A stretch of 61,128 nucleotides of DNA, counting the filler, from Dugesia japonica (lineage: Eukaryota): the NCBI GenBank assembly GCA_001938525.1. It is 6 parts of 6 records of this genome, joined end to end, with 100 filler letters (N's around TTAATTAATTAA, not from the genome) between each part and the next. Parts side by side here need not be neighbours in the genome. Positions count along the whole stretch, not along the records: positions 43,589 to 52,189 come from MQRL01632045.1; positions 52,290 to 61,128 come from MQRL01577168.1; 4 more parts are not named here. The stretch is one strand, 5' to 3'. A program made the position numbers and the translations under genes. The notes under the pieces are model-generated. The model did not search any database. It had not been told where the DNA came from and worked only from the letters and a program-made list of their open reading frames with translations. The number at the start of each line of letters is the position of its first letter. The first letter of the stretch is position 1. Below, one piece after another: positions 48,471 through 61,128 of this stretch.

Positions 48471-49107
48471 TGAAGGGATAGTTTTTAATATTTTAATTTA
48501 AAATTCTATCATAATTTTTTCTTTAATAAATCTTTAGATTTTTTAATTTAAAATAAATTTATAGATTTAAATTTATAAGTNTTCTACGTGTTTTTAATTT
48601 GAACAATCCATTATATCACGTTTTTAATTTGAATAAGTTGGTCAAAAAAGATGATCCAAAAAAGCTATACATACATTTGAATGCAATTTATTCCAAATAA
48701 AATTTATTTAAAAAAAATAACGGTAATTAATATTAAAACAAAAATAAATAATCTTGATAATAATCCATAAGTTTAAATGTTTAATCAAAATGAAAAATTT
48801 ATTACATGATTTTTAAATGCATAAAATAAAAAAAAATATAACAAAAATATAATAAATCTTTATTAAGCATTTTTCTAAATTCAGTTTTCAACAATTTGAA
48901 AAAATCTTGTCACTATAATAAGTATATGATGTGTCGAATATCATTTTAATTCTTTTGTGTTTTCGTGATCAAACACAAAGGTTTTTGCTTTTTAGCATTT
49001 TCTGAGTTTGTTAGTAATTCGCCGAAAATATAAAATTACTAAGTATTGCAGTTAAAAATATAAGTATTATTAAATATTAATATTTATTTTTCAACAATGA
49101 TTTTTAT

Positions 49108-49437
49108 GGTGTCAGAACGAAATTACACGGGTAAAAATTACACTGGAAAAAAATTACACATAGATGACATTACACTAAGAAAAAATTACATGTGAAAAAA
49201 TTACATGGGAAAAAATTACCATGGACGTATTTGTTACACAAACTTAAGACAAATATTTCAAGGATTGTACAAAATTATGACTGTAATAGACGACCCGAGT
49301 TCTTGAGGTCTTTAGCTCATATTACTTTACTTTTAATATTAGATAATAAATTTAAAATTTAAATTCTATTAATTTATTAACTTTTTATATGTAACTTTTT
49401 CCAGTGTAATTTTGTCCTGTGTAATTTCATCATGCAA
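49108..49437. mobile_element. MITE with TIRs built of ~15-bp AAATTACAC subrepeats
   Basis: GAAATTACACGGGTAAAAATTACACTGGAAAAA is mirrored by TTTTTCCAGTGTAATTTTGTCCTGTGTAATTTC. Confidence 0.7.
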
Positions 49438-49837
49438 NCAATTTTTATACAATTTGATCGAAGCTTTTAATTTAATGTTAATTTAGTTTTGATATAAGGT
49501 GTTACAATTTTATTTTGAATGAAATAATTGGATTAAGTCAAATAAATGAATATATGAAGTAATGAAGTATGGGAATAGACTATGAATGAAGATTTTCCAC
49601 GACAGACTTAAGACTCAAAGTTGTTGTATATTACTTATAAATTTATATGAAGTTTATATAATTCTCGATAAATTTATGTATGCTATTAAAACGTATGTAT
49701 ATTAGTATGAAATTATTGTTTAATTTAGGAAGTTAGTATAAAAGAGTTAATAATTTCTTAAAATATTGTTGTTTTTATAAAAATATTTGTGCAACAGTAA
49801 ATAGAAAGGAGGACTCGAGAATAGTAGTTTTCTAGGT

Positions 49838-50265
49838 ATTACGTGATCATGACTTAATCATCCAAAAACTATTCCCCAATTACGCAACCGGTGAAAAATT
49901 TGTTTGCAATCAATACGTAAGATTGCATAATTGTTACGTAATCATGACATAAATTTTCCAAAAATATCATCTAAATACGTATTCAATACTAAGTTGTTAC
50001 ACAGTCGTTACGTAATCAACCAAACTGGACTTTTCGGATAGGTAATCGTTACATAATCATGACGTAATCGACCAAAAAACATTTCTCAATACGTATTCAT
50101 TACGTGATCGTAACAAAATTAAACAAAAATACATTCCATATTATGAAATCATCGAGTAATTATTACATATATGACCTGAATCAATTTCTGAATTACTTAA
50201 TCCAATATATAAATAAGATAAGATTAATCAGACGTATTACGCAATCATTTCGCAATCGCCAGGGA
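49838..50265. repeat. Degenerate tandem array rich in TTACGTAATCATGAC; related sequence at ~60345-60440
   Basis: Recurring TTAC[GA]T[AG]ATCATGAC..CCAAAAA..AATACGTATTCA units. Confidence 0.6.
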
Positions 50266-52189
50266 AAGGTTTTCATATTGCTTAATCATTTCACATGAAC
50301 ATAAGTTTTCTTAATTAAATACTTGTCATTACTTTGTTGTATTTTTGTTTATGTTATTACGTATTATTTAATGGTTACCTTTATCTAAGTATCAAACATA
50401 ATGTTTAATATTCCTCCAGGAAGTGACTTGATTCTATAGTTTTTTTCTACTGTATTTTCTACTGTATCTTAATGCATATTTGTTCACGTCATATTTTCAT
50501 TCACGCCACTTCATTAATCTTTAAAGAGTGTCATATAGTAATAAAAAAAGACATTTAGACTGATTAACAGTGAGCAAGTGTTGATATGACATGCTTTTTA
50601 TTTAAAATAATATAACTATTTCAGTATAATTTAATCATGTGATTATTCATTTGCTTCTTGCTTGCTCCTTGGTTCTCTGCTTGCTTATTAACAACCCTGC
50701 TTGCTCTTTGGTTTTATGAAATTCCTTTTTCTTTTGATAGTCAATATTCAGATACATTGTTAGAAAGTAAGAAATTAACATAGAAAAAACGAATGTGATC
50801 ATTAGAAATATTGGTCTCAACATTGAAAATATTAGTTTCAATAGATAAAGTTATGGTTTCAACATTGAAAATACTGGTTTTATGATAAAAATATACGTTT
50901 TATACAAAATATGGGATTTATAATGAAATATAAGATCTTTAAATCAAATAAATTCAATAAACCGATTCACACTACAATATTATTTATTATTATTTAGAAC
51001 ATCATATTGACAAATAAGTAATACCCATTCAATTATTTCTTAATCAAATCAGGTTTCACTTTATTCTTCGTATGTTTCTTTGTTGTAAGTTATAGAAATG
51101 AATAAAAATAAGAAAGATCAGTGAGATAGGATACGTGTGAGAGACAAAGATAGAGAGGGTGAAAAAGAGTGAGATAGTATTATCAAATTTATTTGAAGTC
51201 ATGAAATTTAATCTGAAATTTAATCTGAAATTTACTTGAACATTTTTTGTGAAAAATGACACAATCTTTCTTATCATCACTGAAAAATGACAAGAACTTA
51301 CATAAAAATAGTTAAAAATTCTACATTCTTTTTAATCATCATTGAGGATTAGCACAAACTTTAAATTTAATTTTAAACTTAACTAGAACCTTTTTTGAAA
51401 TCATTGAGAAATGGCAGGAAATTTTCTAAAAGTGGTTTAAATTTAATAGATTCTTTTTAAAGGTGGTTAAAATTTCAACGTTGAAAATTTCGTTGAAAAT
51501 TTACTATAATGTTTCTAAAACTGGTTTAAACGTCCACAATCTTTTCTGTAATAGTGATTATAATACTGTCAAGGTTTATGTCATGATAATTCATTCATAT
51601 AATTTCTTAGTAAAAATTGATTTCATATGTTAATATTCCTCTGGGAAAACAACTAAATTTTAATTGTATATGGGTTCATAATAATGATACTCTATTACTC
51701 ATAAAATCTAGCAATTGTTGACTCAATCAGTTGTACTTTGATTGTACTATCAATCAAATAAAATAATTCAAGCGTTCACATATTTTCATCTTAATATAAA
51801 AAATCCTTTAAATAAATAGGTTTGATTCAATTAATGTGTATTATTCACCTATTATTAGTACTTAGTATAATTAACTCGTTATAGTCAAATCTAATAAGAA
51901 CTGTGTGCAGAGATCCAAATAGCTGCAAGTTGTCGAATCATCCTCCAATTAAATACTATTAATTATGAATTTTATGTTTGTTTAATCGTATGAAATCAGA
52001 AAATAGACCTTATTTTGTGTTTATTACCTTTATCTCCTAAGCGGAAATTGAATTTTTATATTTAAAAACAACCTTTTGATTCAATTGAAAAGATATATTT
52101 AATTATTTCAATTTTTACGTGAGGCTAAAACATCTGATCACAAATCCTTTGACTAGAGCGTCATTGGATAACATTGAGTGAATATAATA

Positions 52190-52289
52190 NNNNNNNNNNN
52201 NNNNNNNNNNNNNNNNNNNNNNNNNNNNNNNNNTTAATTAATTAANNNNNNNNNNNNNNNNNNNNNNNNNNNNNNNNNNNNNNNNNNNN
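52190..52289. other. Artificial scaffold spacer
   Basis: N44-TTAATTAATTAA-N44. Confidence 0.95.
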
Positions 52290-54458
52290 ATGTTCAAATT
52301 AAAATATTTATTAACATAACAAATCTATTCTATCTTTTTAATACTTTTAACTTTTCATATCGGAGCCACATTGTTTTCCAATCTCTTATTATCCGAGTAT
52401 TTCTGCTGTAATCATTGATTTACTCGAATTTTCATAGGCAACATCATCCTTCAAGATGACGAATGTAAGTGTAATATATTTCATTTTTAAAATAATGGAA
52501 ATATTATTAAAAGAATAGCTTTACCTAGTAGTAAGTGTATGTGTAATAAAATGCATGTATGTTTCAAATTAATACAGTGAAACAAACGACTTAATAATTT
52601 AATTTTAATCAAATTTCATTTTTTTAAAATTTATAAATTAATATTAATATTGCCCATGAAATATTTATTATTAATATTGTCCGGGGGATATTAATATTAA
52701 TACAATCATAAACACAGGAGACATGCTTAATTAACATGCTTAATAACAATAAATTTCAAAATCAAACTATAAAATAATGATTGTCTAAATACGAAATTGC
52801 TAAATCGAAAATAAATTAAGAGATTATAGTTAATNNNNNNNNNNNNNNNNNNNNNNNNNNNNNNNNNNNNNNNNNNNNNNNNNNNNNNNNNNNNNNNNNN
52901 NNNNNNNNNNNAATAATAATAATAATAATATATTAATAAGAAATCAAATAATCAAATTTACAATAACTGACCTTTATCAAAATGAGGTCAAATAATGACT
53001 AATGATGATATAAAATGGTAAAAAGCAAATATTGATTCAAAAACATTATAGAAACGAAAATAAAGAAATACCGTCAGTTTTTTATGCGGCAAATCAAAAT
53101 ATCGCATAAAGGAACATTAAATAGATATTAAAATTAGAAATAGGTTCCGTAATCATAATAGAATAAATAAGAACCAAACAGAAAAAATTCGATTTATATA
53201 TTTTTAATAATTACAATCTTTTTAATTTTTTTATTTAGTAGAATGATCGTTGTTTGACAATTTTTCTTAAATGTGTCTGAACTGGTTCAAAATCACTATC
53301 ATAACTATAATAAATAAAATTAGCTGCGTTTTACTGTTTGTTTCCTTTGACAAGGTAGTAATTAAACCTGATATTGTTGATTTCTTCAATATCCTTTGCA
53401 GTTAACAATGACCAAATAAAGTATATTTATAATAAAAAAATGAATAAAAAATTAAGAAATCCTTTTCAATTTCCTTTGATTCAATGAGTTGATAATTTGG
53501 ACAGGTAAACAATTATATTTCAATAAATCTTTCATACTATTTATAAATTCATTTAATAATTAGGGAAGCATATGAATTGACAGAATTATTACTCTCATCT
53601 TTATATTTTTTTGTATTAAAGATCTACTTTTTAAATTCAACTACCTCGAGATCTACTCATATACAAATTTTAAATAATATAATTACCAAAATAAAAACAG
53701 TTCATCTCGTGAATTCTTTATCGAAACTTAAATATTCAAACAAATACTAAACATGAATCAAAGAAACTGCGAAAATCGAGTGTTTTAAAATTTCCAATGT
53801 CTACTTAAAATAGACAAGTAAAATTAAAATTAAATTTAAAATAAGGCATCTAAGTAAAATAGAACACTTATAGATATTTAATAACAACAAAACAAAGAAT
53901 TTAATAGTGCTTGCTTAATTTTAATTATTATTTTTGTTTACAAAAAAAAATCTTTAAGAAGTTAACATTTTCAGTTTGTAGTAGAAAATCGACCGAAACT
54001 CGTGTCGCGATCGCTTGGTTGGGCCGCACTGAAATATACAATTTTTTTAAATCACATTGGAATGTTAACGATCTTTCGTAATTTTGATCATTATTTTAAG
54101 ATAGATTTCCTAATTTATTACAAAAACTCAANAAATTAAAAAGCTTATTTCAGAATATTGTTCTTTTATAAATTCTTGTTAGCAATCCGAATTTATAAAA
54201 AAAACAAAATTTTTACCTAAGCTATTTAATTTATTATTAAAAATGCGATCAATTATTAAGTAATAATTGTATTAGTTAAAGAAAACTCACTTAAAATTAT
54301 TTTGCATTAAGACATTTAAAAGTTTTTAAAAGTTAAAATTTCATTTCCAAAGAAATCGTTTTCTCTGGCAGTTTTTTTTTCTATTAGGCCAAATATTAAC
54401 ATTAAATATCTATTTCATTAAAATAAAATAATTAAAGCTTCGATAAAATTAAATTGTC

Positions 54459-54492
54459 GTTCAAATTTTCGGCTATTGTCTTCTTCAGGAAT
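54459..54492 (-). ncRNA. Minimal hammerhead ribozyme motif, second copy of the 26118 type
   Basis: Minus strand ATTC-CTGAAGA-A-GAC(AATA)GCC-GAAA-ATTT-GAAC, followed by the R1 start (ATCGAAGCTTT). Confidence 0.55.
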
Positions 54493-54620
54493 ATGATGAC
54501 TTTTTGATAGATTCAATCGATATTAGAACATTGTTACAACATTGTTTATATTTTATTGGTTTATTTAAATTATAAATTTTATTTTATATTTAACCTCAAA
54601 GGTTTTAATTAAATTAAACN

Positions 54621-55250
54621 CATTGCAACACCATCTTTCTGAGTGAACCAATCATTATTAAATAAAAAATTAACATCTTTACAGCAAAATGTCAACAGTT
54701 CCTTCATAGCTGTTTCATCAAATTGATAGGTTAAATATGCGTAATGATTTGCCTAGAGATCAACACAAATATTGATAGTTTAATTTATAGGAACGTTTGT
54801 GAACAGAGTAATTATATCAAATGAAACCATAATTTCCTTATCTGANNNNNNNNNNNNNNNNNNNNNNNNNNNNNNNNNNNNNNNNNNNNNNNNNNTTATA
54901 TTTTATTGGTTTATTTAAATTATAAATTTTATTTTATATTTAACCTCAAAGGTTTTAATTAAATTAAACACATTGCAACACCATCTTTCTGAGTGAACCA
55001 ATCATTATTAAATAAAAAATTAACATCTTTACAGCAAAATGTCAACAGNTCCTTCATAGCTGTTTCATCAAATTNATAGGTTAAATATGCGTAATGATTT
55101 GCNTAGAGATCAACACAAATNTTGATAGTTTAATTTATAGGAACGTTTGTGAACAGAGTAATTATATCAAATGAAACCATAATTTCCTTATCTGAGATTA
55201 GTTGTTTATTTTTTAAGCAATTTACGAATTCAAAAGTATTTGTCATGATT
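54621..55250 (-). mobile_element. PLE reverse transcriptase fragment; appears twice across a gap (likely assembly overlap)
   Basis: NTFEFVNCL..IMVSFDIITLFTNVPIN..ELLTFCC..FLFNNDWFTQKDGVAM (SFDxxSLFTNVP..QxDGVAMG). Confidence 0.88.
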
Positions 55251-56101
55251 GAAATCGTTATTTGTAGTCGATTATTAATTTTACCATGTTCTACTATCCC
55301 TATATTTGGTCATTATTATTACTAATACTTTTATTACTATAAATTGTTTATATTATGACTATTATTTACTATCAATATTAACACTAATACTACTATTATT
55401 ATCCCCATCATTATTATCCAAACTATTATCGTTACCACCGTTACTAAGGTAAGGATGATGGTGGCATTACACCGATGCTTTAACTCATGAGAGTTACAAT
55501 GAGAATCAACATCATTTCATAATAGCACATTAATCTTGACTGATCCAAAACTAACACTATCACTAGTACTCAGAAAATAAATCTTAACCAACAGATATAN
55601 NNNNNNNNNNNNNNNNNNNNNNNNNNNNNNNNNNNNNNNNNNNNNNNNNNNNNNNNNNNNNNNNNNNNNNNNNNNNNNNNNNNNNNNNNNNNNNNNNGGT
55701 AACTAGTACCATCGCTAAATCTTATTTAGATTCCGTAAATTATATTTCATTAACGAATAATTAATGAATATTTCAATAACAAAAATGCTCCTCAAAATGT
55801 GGCAAACCAGCATTTATTTCAGTTGAAGCCCAGTAGGACCTTAGGAGCCAAAGTACAGCTTCCTGCCAGTTTTGACGGTCAACTGGCCACTACAACGAAT
55901 TGCTCCAGAGCATGCCAGGCATTGCAGGAAAAGATTGCAGTGTTGGTATTCAAAATGTCACAACTCAGGCTACAAAACATCGAGTATACCCTGAGGGACA
56001 AAGCACATGGTATGTGAATATGGGAGTTGGAGGCCGAAGTGGAGTGAAATAATTTTTTAGCCATATCACCCATGACCCAAACAATAATGATAATAGTAAT
56101 G

Positions 56102-56156
<55 letters not shown>

Positions 56157-56959
56157 NNNNNNNNNNNNNNNNNNNNNNNNNNNNNNNNNNNNNNNNNNNN
56201 NNNNNNAATAACTATTAAAAATGATAATAATAATAATTAATAATAATATTATTAATAATAATATTAATAATTCCTAGGTTCTTCCATACACATTATTACT
56301 TGGGTTTCTTCATAGTTCAATGTCTCCGATAGTTTATTGGTTCATCAATTCTAGTTTCAAACAATCATTACAAAAGTTAATGGGTCAAAATTGTTACATA
56401 ATCACGCGTCGTTAAATATTTCTGAATCAAAATATAATATATTGTATGGATTATTTTCTTGTGAAATTTTTTCAGAAATAAATAATTTGTTAATGTCTTT
56501 ATATTAATTTAATATTGTTGTTTATTCTCAATAAATGAAATAAACAAAAGAAATGATCTATTAAATAGTCAATTATTTATACCACGAATTCTCTAGACCA
56601 TGGCTCTTGAACACTTATTTTCTTATAACATTATAAGTATCACTTTTTAAAATATTTTTAAATGAAAAAAGTAAAATTTAAGAGAAAACCATAAATTACA
56701 TACATTAATTCGCACTTATGGAACGTGAGATTACATAATTCATTAAAAATCGTTTTTAAGCAAAATGAATTATACATTTTATATAAAATACAATTGAATC
56801 AACCAGTTGACTTTACTGCACAGACTCATCCGTAAAAAGCAGGCATTACTAAGCAGGAGTGCAGTGTCAGTAATTCACTCTTGTCCTATCGATTAATAAT
56901 GGTCCGCATCTACGTAAGAATCTTCTCGATACTGTGCACATTTTATATTATAGCATTTT

Positions 56960-57238
56960 ATAAAGGCGAAAAATTAAATGGTCAGAATTTAAATCAATTT
57001 TTGGTCAGAATTTAAATAAATTTATGGTCAGAATAAAATTCAATTCTTGGTCAGAATAAAAATTATTATAGGGTCAGAATTTAATAACCATCCACCAATT
57101 TTATTTAAATTATGACCATTATATATATAAATTCTGACCATTTTATATATATTCTGACCATTTATTATTTATTCAGCCCTCTGTAATTATGATCAAAACT
57201 GTATTAAAATTCTGACCGGAAAAATACGGACCTTTTAT
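56960..57238. mobile_element. Foldback-type MITE of ~22-bp GGTCAGAAT subrepeats
   Basis: Five direct GGTCAGAAT units, then about five inverted ATTCTGACC units. ATAAAGG and CCTTTTAT ends. Confidence 0.75.
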
Positions 57239-57710
57239 AAATATTATACGTTACCGATTTGTAAGAAACAGTTTAAGGGGTTATCTTTATTAAGAGTTGA
57301 TTATTTAGCTACACTAATTTTTATGGGCACATTTTTTATACTTTTGGGTTGTATGATTGTCTGATTTTTATTTCTACCCAATATTATATGTGCATGTTAT
57401 TATCTTTATTATATTTGAGTGAAAACCTTATTTGAAAAAGGTTTCATTTATGTTCTAGTCATCTTAGGTTGTGACCCTCTTATCTTTGTAAAACATTAGT
57501 GTGGTCCTTAGATGAAAAATTTTAGAAACTCCTGATTTAGATATTTCAAAAGAAAACATGAATCAAATTATTTTATTTTCTACATTCTGCGTGCATATCT
57601 GAATTTCTTAGTATTCTTCTTTAAAAAAATACTCTTTGTAAACATATTTCTTAATTCCAGCTAGACTTGCTCAACTAAAAAGAATTATTAAAATCAGACT
57701 ATATTGTCAA

Positions 57711-57931
57711 CTAATTTATACGAATAAATATGAATAAAGATGAAGGGCTATCTTCATCTTCGTTCTTCTTTCTGGCTAACCGAACTCGAACTTTATAAGA
57801 AACATTTCTGATACCCTTACCCCAGATGAACTTGTTCAATCGGACGTCAACACGTACGTCTTCAGTACCCATTTGTTTTTGAGCAAATTTTTTAATTTCT
57901 TTAATAGCTCTGGGTGCACGATGTTTAAATC
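57711..57931 (-). pseudogene. RPL31: 60S ribosomal protein eL31 internal exon; isolated, possibly a pseudogene fragment
   Basis: After an AG acceptor: [62 protein letters not shown]. The family identity is clear; functional status is uncertain. Confidence 0.9.
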
Positions 57932-60649
57932 CTAGTTATGGTTTGAAATTATGAGCTAAATTTGTTTTGAGATGAGTAGTATGTTAAAAATGTCATCTGG
58001 TTATCAATATATCAACTATTATAAAAGTTGTAAGGACTATTAATATTATCATTAGTAATTTACAGAATTTTAATTTCAAGGATGTTGCAGTTTATATTTA
58101 ATAAGATTAATTCTGGATCACTTACTAATACTATCAAATCAAACGAGACTTTAAATCGCTTCATACCAATGTAAGAAAATAACATGACTNGTTACAATGA
58201 CTGAGAAAAAGGTTATATTCCGTCAATTTAAACAAAAAAAATCAGTTTAAAGAAATGTTCGTAAATTTTAGTTAGTTTAAACAAAAAATCATTATTTTCA
58301 CCTCGTTTAAACAAGAAATCAAATATCCCGTCGATTATGGAGTGGTTATGGAATATTATATACATTACGTCATCGTACACATCGATTGCATAACAAACTA
58401 CATACTTTTAATAGACATTCTATTGCTTAATTGGCTAAACATAATCTAATTGGTTGATGTAAATGCCAATGGACCAATGCGATATTATCTACCTACTCGA
58501 CATAAATTAAAATTTAATGTTTAAATGAGCTGTCCATCATTATACCATTCTGTTATAATATGAAATTCATTTCACAAAAGAGCTTTCTGTACAAACATTA
58601 CGTTATGTATTTATTATTATAAATTTACCTTTTAAGATGAATTAATATTTATCGGTCAATTTGTGCTTAAAAACTTTGAATATTTTAAGTAGTAATGCCA
58701 TTAAAAATTTAAACATCCTTCACTGGATGAAAACCTCAAGAAAAATAAAATCGTTTTTCAATATTGATATATAACGATTGATATATATCATGATTGATAT
58801 ATTTAAGCTTATGAATTTCTAATTAAACATTTTAAATAAAACATTTTAATTAAACATAGCTAAAACTCCAAATATATTTTCATCTGAAGCTGAGGGATAA
58901 TTTACGTCTCCTTAAATTAATTACCTAACATGATTCTGAATCAAAAAATCAATTTTATTTTTTATTCAACGTTTCTACATGTTTATTTTATCAATATATA
59001 TTTGAAGAAATCTTTCTAAGTCTTTTTTGAATATTTTTAAATTAATTTGATTTGTTGAATTAGTTGTATAAATTGAATGAATTTGAAATTGAAATTGAAT
59101 TGGAATATAAAGGCTATCATTTTCATAGATTAAAAATTATACCAGATAATGAATATTTAATAAATGAAAATGACGAAAATATTTAGTGTTTATATTTATT
59201 AATTCAACATTAGTGTTTTGAGACTTAATTTTTCTCAATTAGAAAATATTTTATATTTATTTATACTAAAATTAATTTTTCATAGATCAATTGTAGGATA
59301 TTTTTAGTGTTTAATTTTTATTAATTTAATTTATTATTTTTAATTTTTACAATAAAGAATTAAGTATTAAATTTTTTACATAAATCAAAATGTTTGTTTA
59401 AATTTTTCTGGATTTTAAATTATTTTAAATTTAATAATTTTTAAAAAAATTTTATGGAAACTTTTTTTTTAAATTAATTTGAATAAAAGAATAAAATGTT
59501 GAAGTAATTATTTAACAGAGAGAAAATCGCAAAAGGACAATTTGGAAGTGAAAAAGTTTAGGAAATCATCATGAAGTATAGTAGAAAAATTCTGATAACT
59601 ATCAAAAAAGAAAGAGAAATACATAAAAATAAACAAAATAACATTTAGATCGAAAGTTTTAATTTAATGAAATCTCAAATTCGAACAATGTTTAAGTCCA
59701 ACAATTATTCTCACAATAATTGTAATTGTTAATTTAATAAATTTAATTTAATTAATTACAATATTTAATATTCTGATCTTATAAATTAAGTTAAACATTT
59801 TTTGTTACCATATATTGTTATCATATATTAATTGAAAGAAAAGATAGGCAAGATATATTGCAGTGTATATTTAACATCAAACCAAAATTTTAATTAAAAT
59901 ATAAATCTTATTTTACTACCGAGAACAGCCAAGTCAATCAGTTAGTTTTTTTAATAAACTGTTTGCTACAAAATAAATTCTGTACTTTTCTTTGAACTTT
60001 TCTTTTTATTAAAATATTTCACAATACAAGTGCATTTGTATTGTTAAGAACAAATAAGTTAAAATTATTTAAAATAATATTTTGATTATTGATTTCAAAG
60101 TAAAGAATAAGTCTAATCAGAATAAATCATATCTTGGGAAAGAACCCATCCTAAATAATAATTACAAAAAANNNNNNNNATCACAGAGATAGTGCGGGTG
60201 TCCAAAAATTAATATTTCATTCAAATATAGCAAGAAAGATGATACATATTGGTACACTGCAACAAATTCTGCACAGGATTAAAAAAATTTTATGGCAGAA
60301 TTTTGACTGTTTGCACACATGTTTCCAGTAATTTGATTTAGGTGTGATTACGTAATTGTGGCAGTAATACTACAATTTTTTGGTCGAAATTTATATGTTG
60401 ATGGCATAATGATGACTACATAGTTATGTAATCATTACATAACAATTATTTTTGTTTTAATTGATGGGTTTTTATGATTTTTTATTTAAAGAAGGTACAA
60501 ATATTTATTTTTCCTTTAAATTAAGTGAAATTGTTTTTTTGTTTAAATTAAGTGAAATTAATAGTTTTTATTTAAATGTAATTATTTTATTTGTTTTTCA
60601 AATTAAGTGAAATTAATAGTTTTTTTTAAATTAAGTAAAATTAGTGACT

Positions 60650-60980
60650 TTTGGTATATTTTAAGTTATATGGTAAAAGTTATATTTTCAATGATGAATG
60701 TTGTAAAATCTAGGATGAATCCAATATTTTTATGTTGATATATCTATTTTCTATGTCGAAGTGTTGGTTTTCTATGACCAAGTGACTATTTTCAATTTTA
60801 TATGTTGACTAAGAAATTTATAGGTTGAAATGTAATTTTCAAATGATGGAATATAATTTAAGTTTGATGGAATGTAATTTTTGTGTGATATAATACTATT
60901 TTACTGTAATGAAATACGATTTTGTATGATGGGATCTATTTTTAGTGTGATGGACTATAATTCTAGTGTAATGTGTTACA
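60650..60980. repeat. Degenerate ~21-bp tandem array (TATTTT..ATG.TG.A..); similar inverted array at ~50760-50940; TTAAATTAAGTGAAATT repeats at 60515-60645
   Basis: Periodic ATG(A/T)TG motifs about every 21 nt. Confidence 0.6.
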
Positions 60981-61128
60981 AGCTTTCGTTCACTCTTCTC
61001 TGGTCTTATCTCTCTTCTCACTGGATTTCTTTCACTCTTTCTAACATTATTGTGGGACATCATGATTCTAGTATTTCTCGGGGACATTAATATTACTCGG
61101 GGGATATTAACATTGTTCTGAGGACATT

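Noticed and set aside
53250-53800. Minus-strand host exons (also candidates at 270-650 and 47548-47930)
   Set aside because: Splice-like signals are present, but I could not build a consistent frame or recognise a product.
54546-55195. Tandem duplication of a PLE RT segment
   Set aside because: Essentially identical ~300-bp copies flank a 50-N gap and contain ambiguous bases, typical of an unmerged contig overlap.

Overview
Very AT-rich eukaryotic DNA, probably an invertebrate animal: GT-AG introns of about 33-50 nt, (AAT)n microsatellites and standard-code host exons. The window is not one locus. It is six unrelated scaffolds joined by a 100-nt artificial spacer (N44-TTAATTAATTAA-N44) at about 9.3, 20.0, 32.6, 43.5 and 52.2 kb. 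Most recognisable sequence is decayed mobile DNA: Ty3/Gypsy LTR retrotransposons, Penelope-like retroelements with minimal hammerhead-ribozyme motifs, two mariners, a Merlin/ISXO2 fragment, Helitron pieces, foldback MITEs and two Maverick/Polinton remnants. Host gene fragments include a thioredoxin-fold protein, a USP (peptidase C19) Cys-box, a repetitive coiled-coil protein and an RPL31 exon. The most notable observation is an intronless, open, divergent TATA-binding-protein (TBP)-fold gene inside a Maverick/Polinton gene cluster (20.0-22.3 kb). It lies head-to-head with the packaging ATPase and is co-oriented with a pPolB-like N-terminal ORF. Secondary highlights are a Gypsy element with a possible env-like third ORF and an elongator-tRNA-Met PBS, hammerhead motifs linked to a dispersed repeat family, and a long inverted-repeat element whose arms look like inward-facing CCAAT/TATA promoters. 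All calls come from manual motif reading; no database searches were run.
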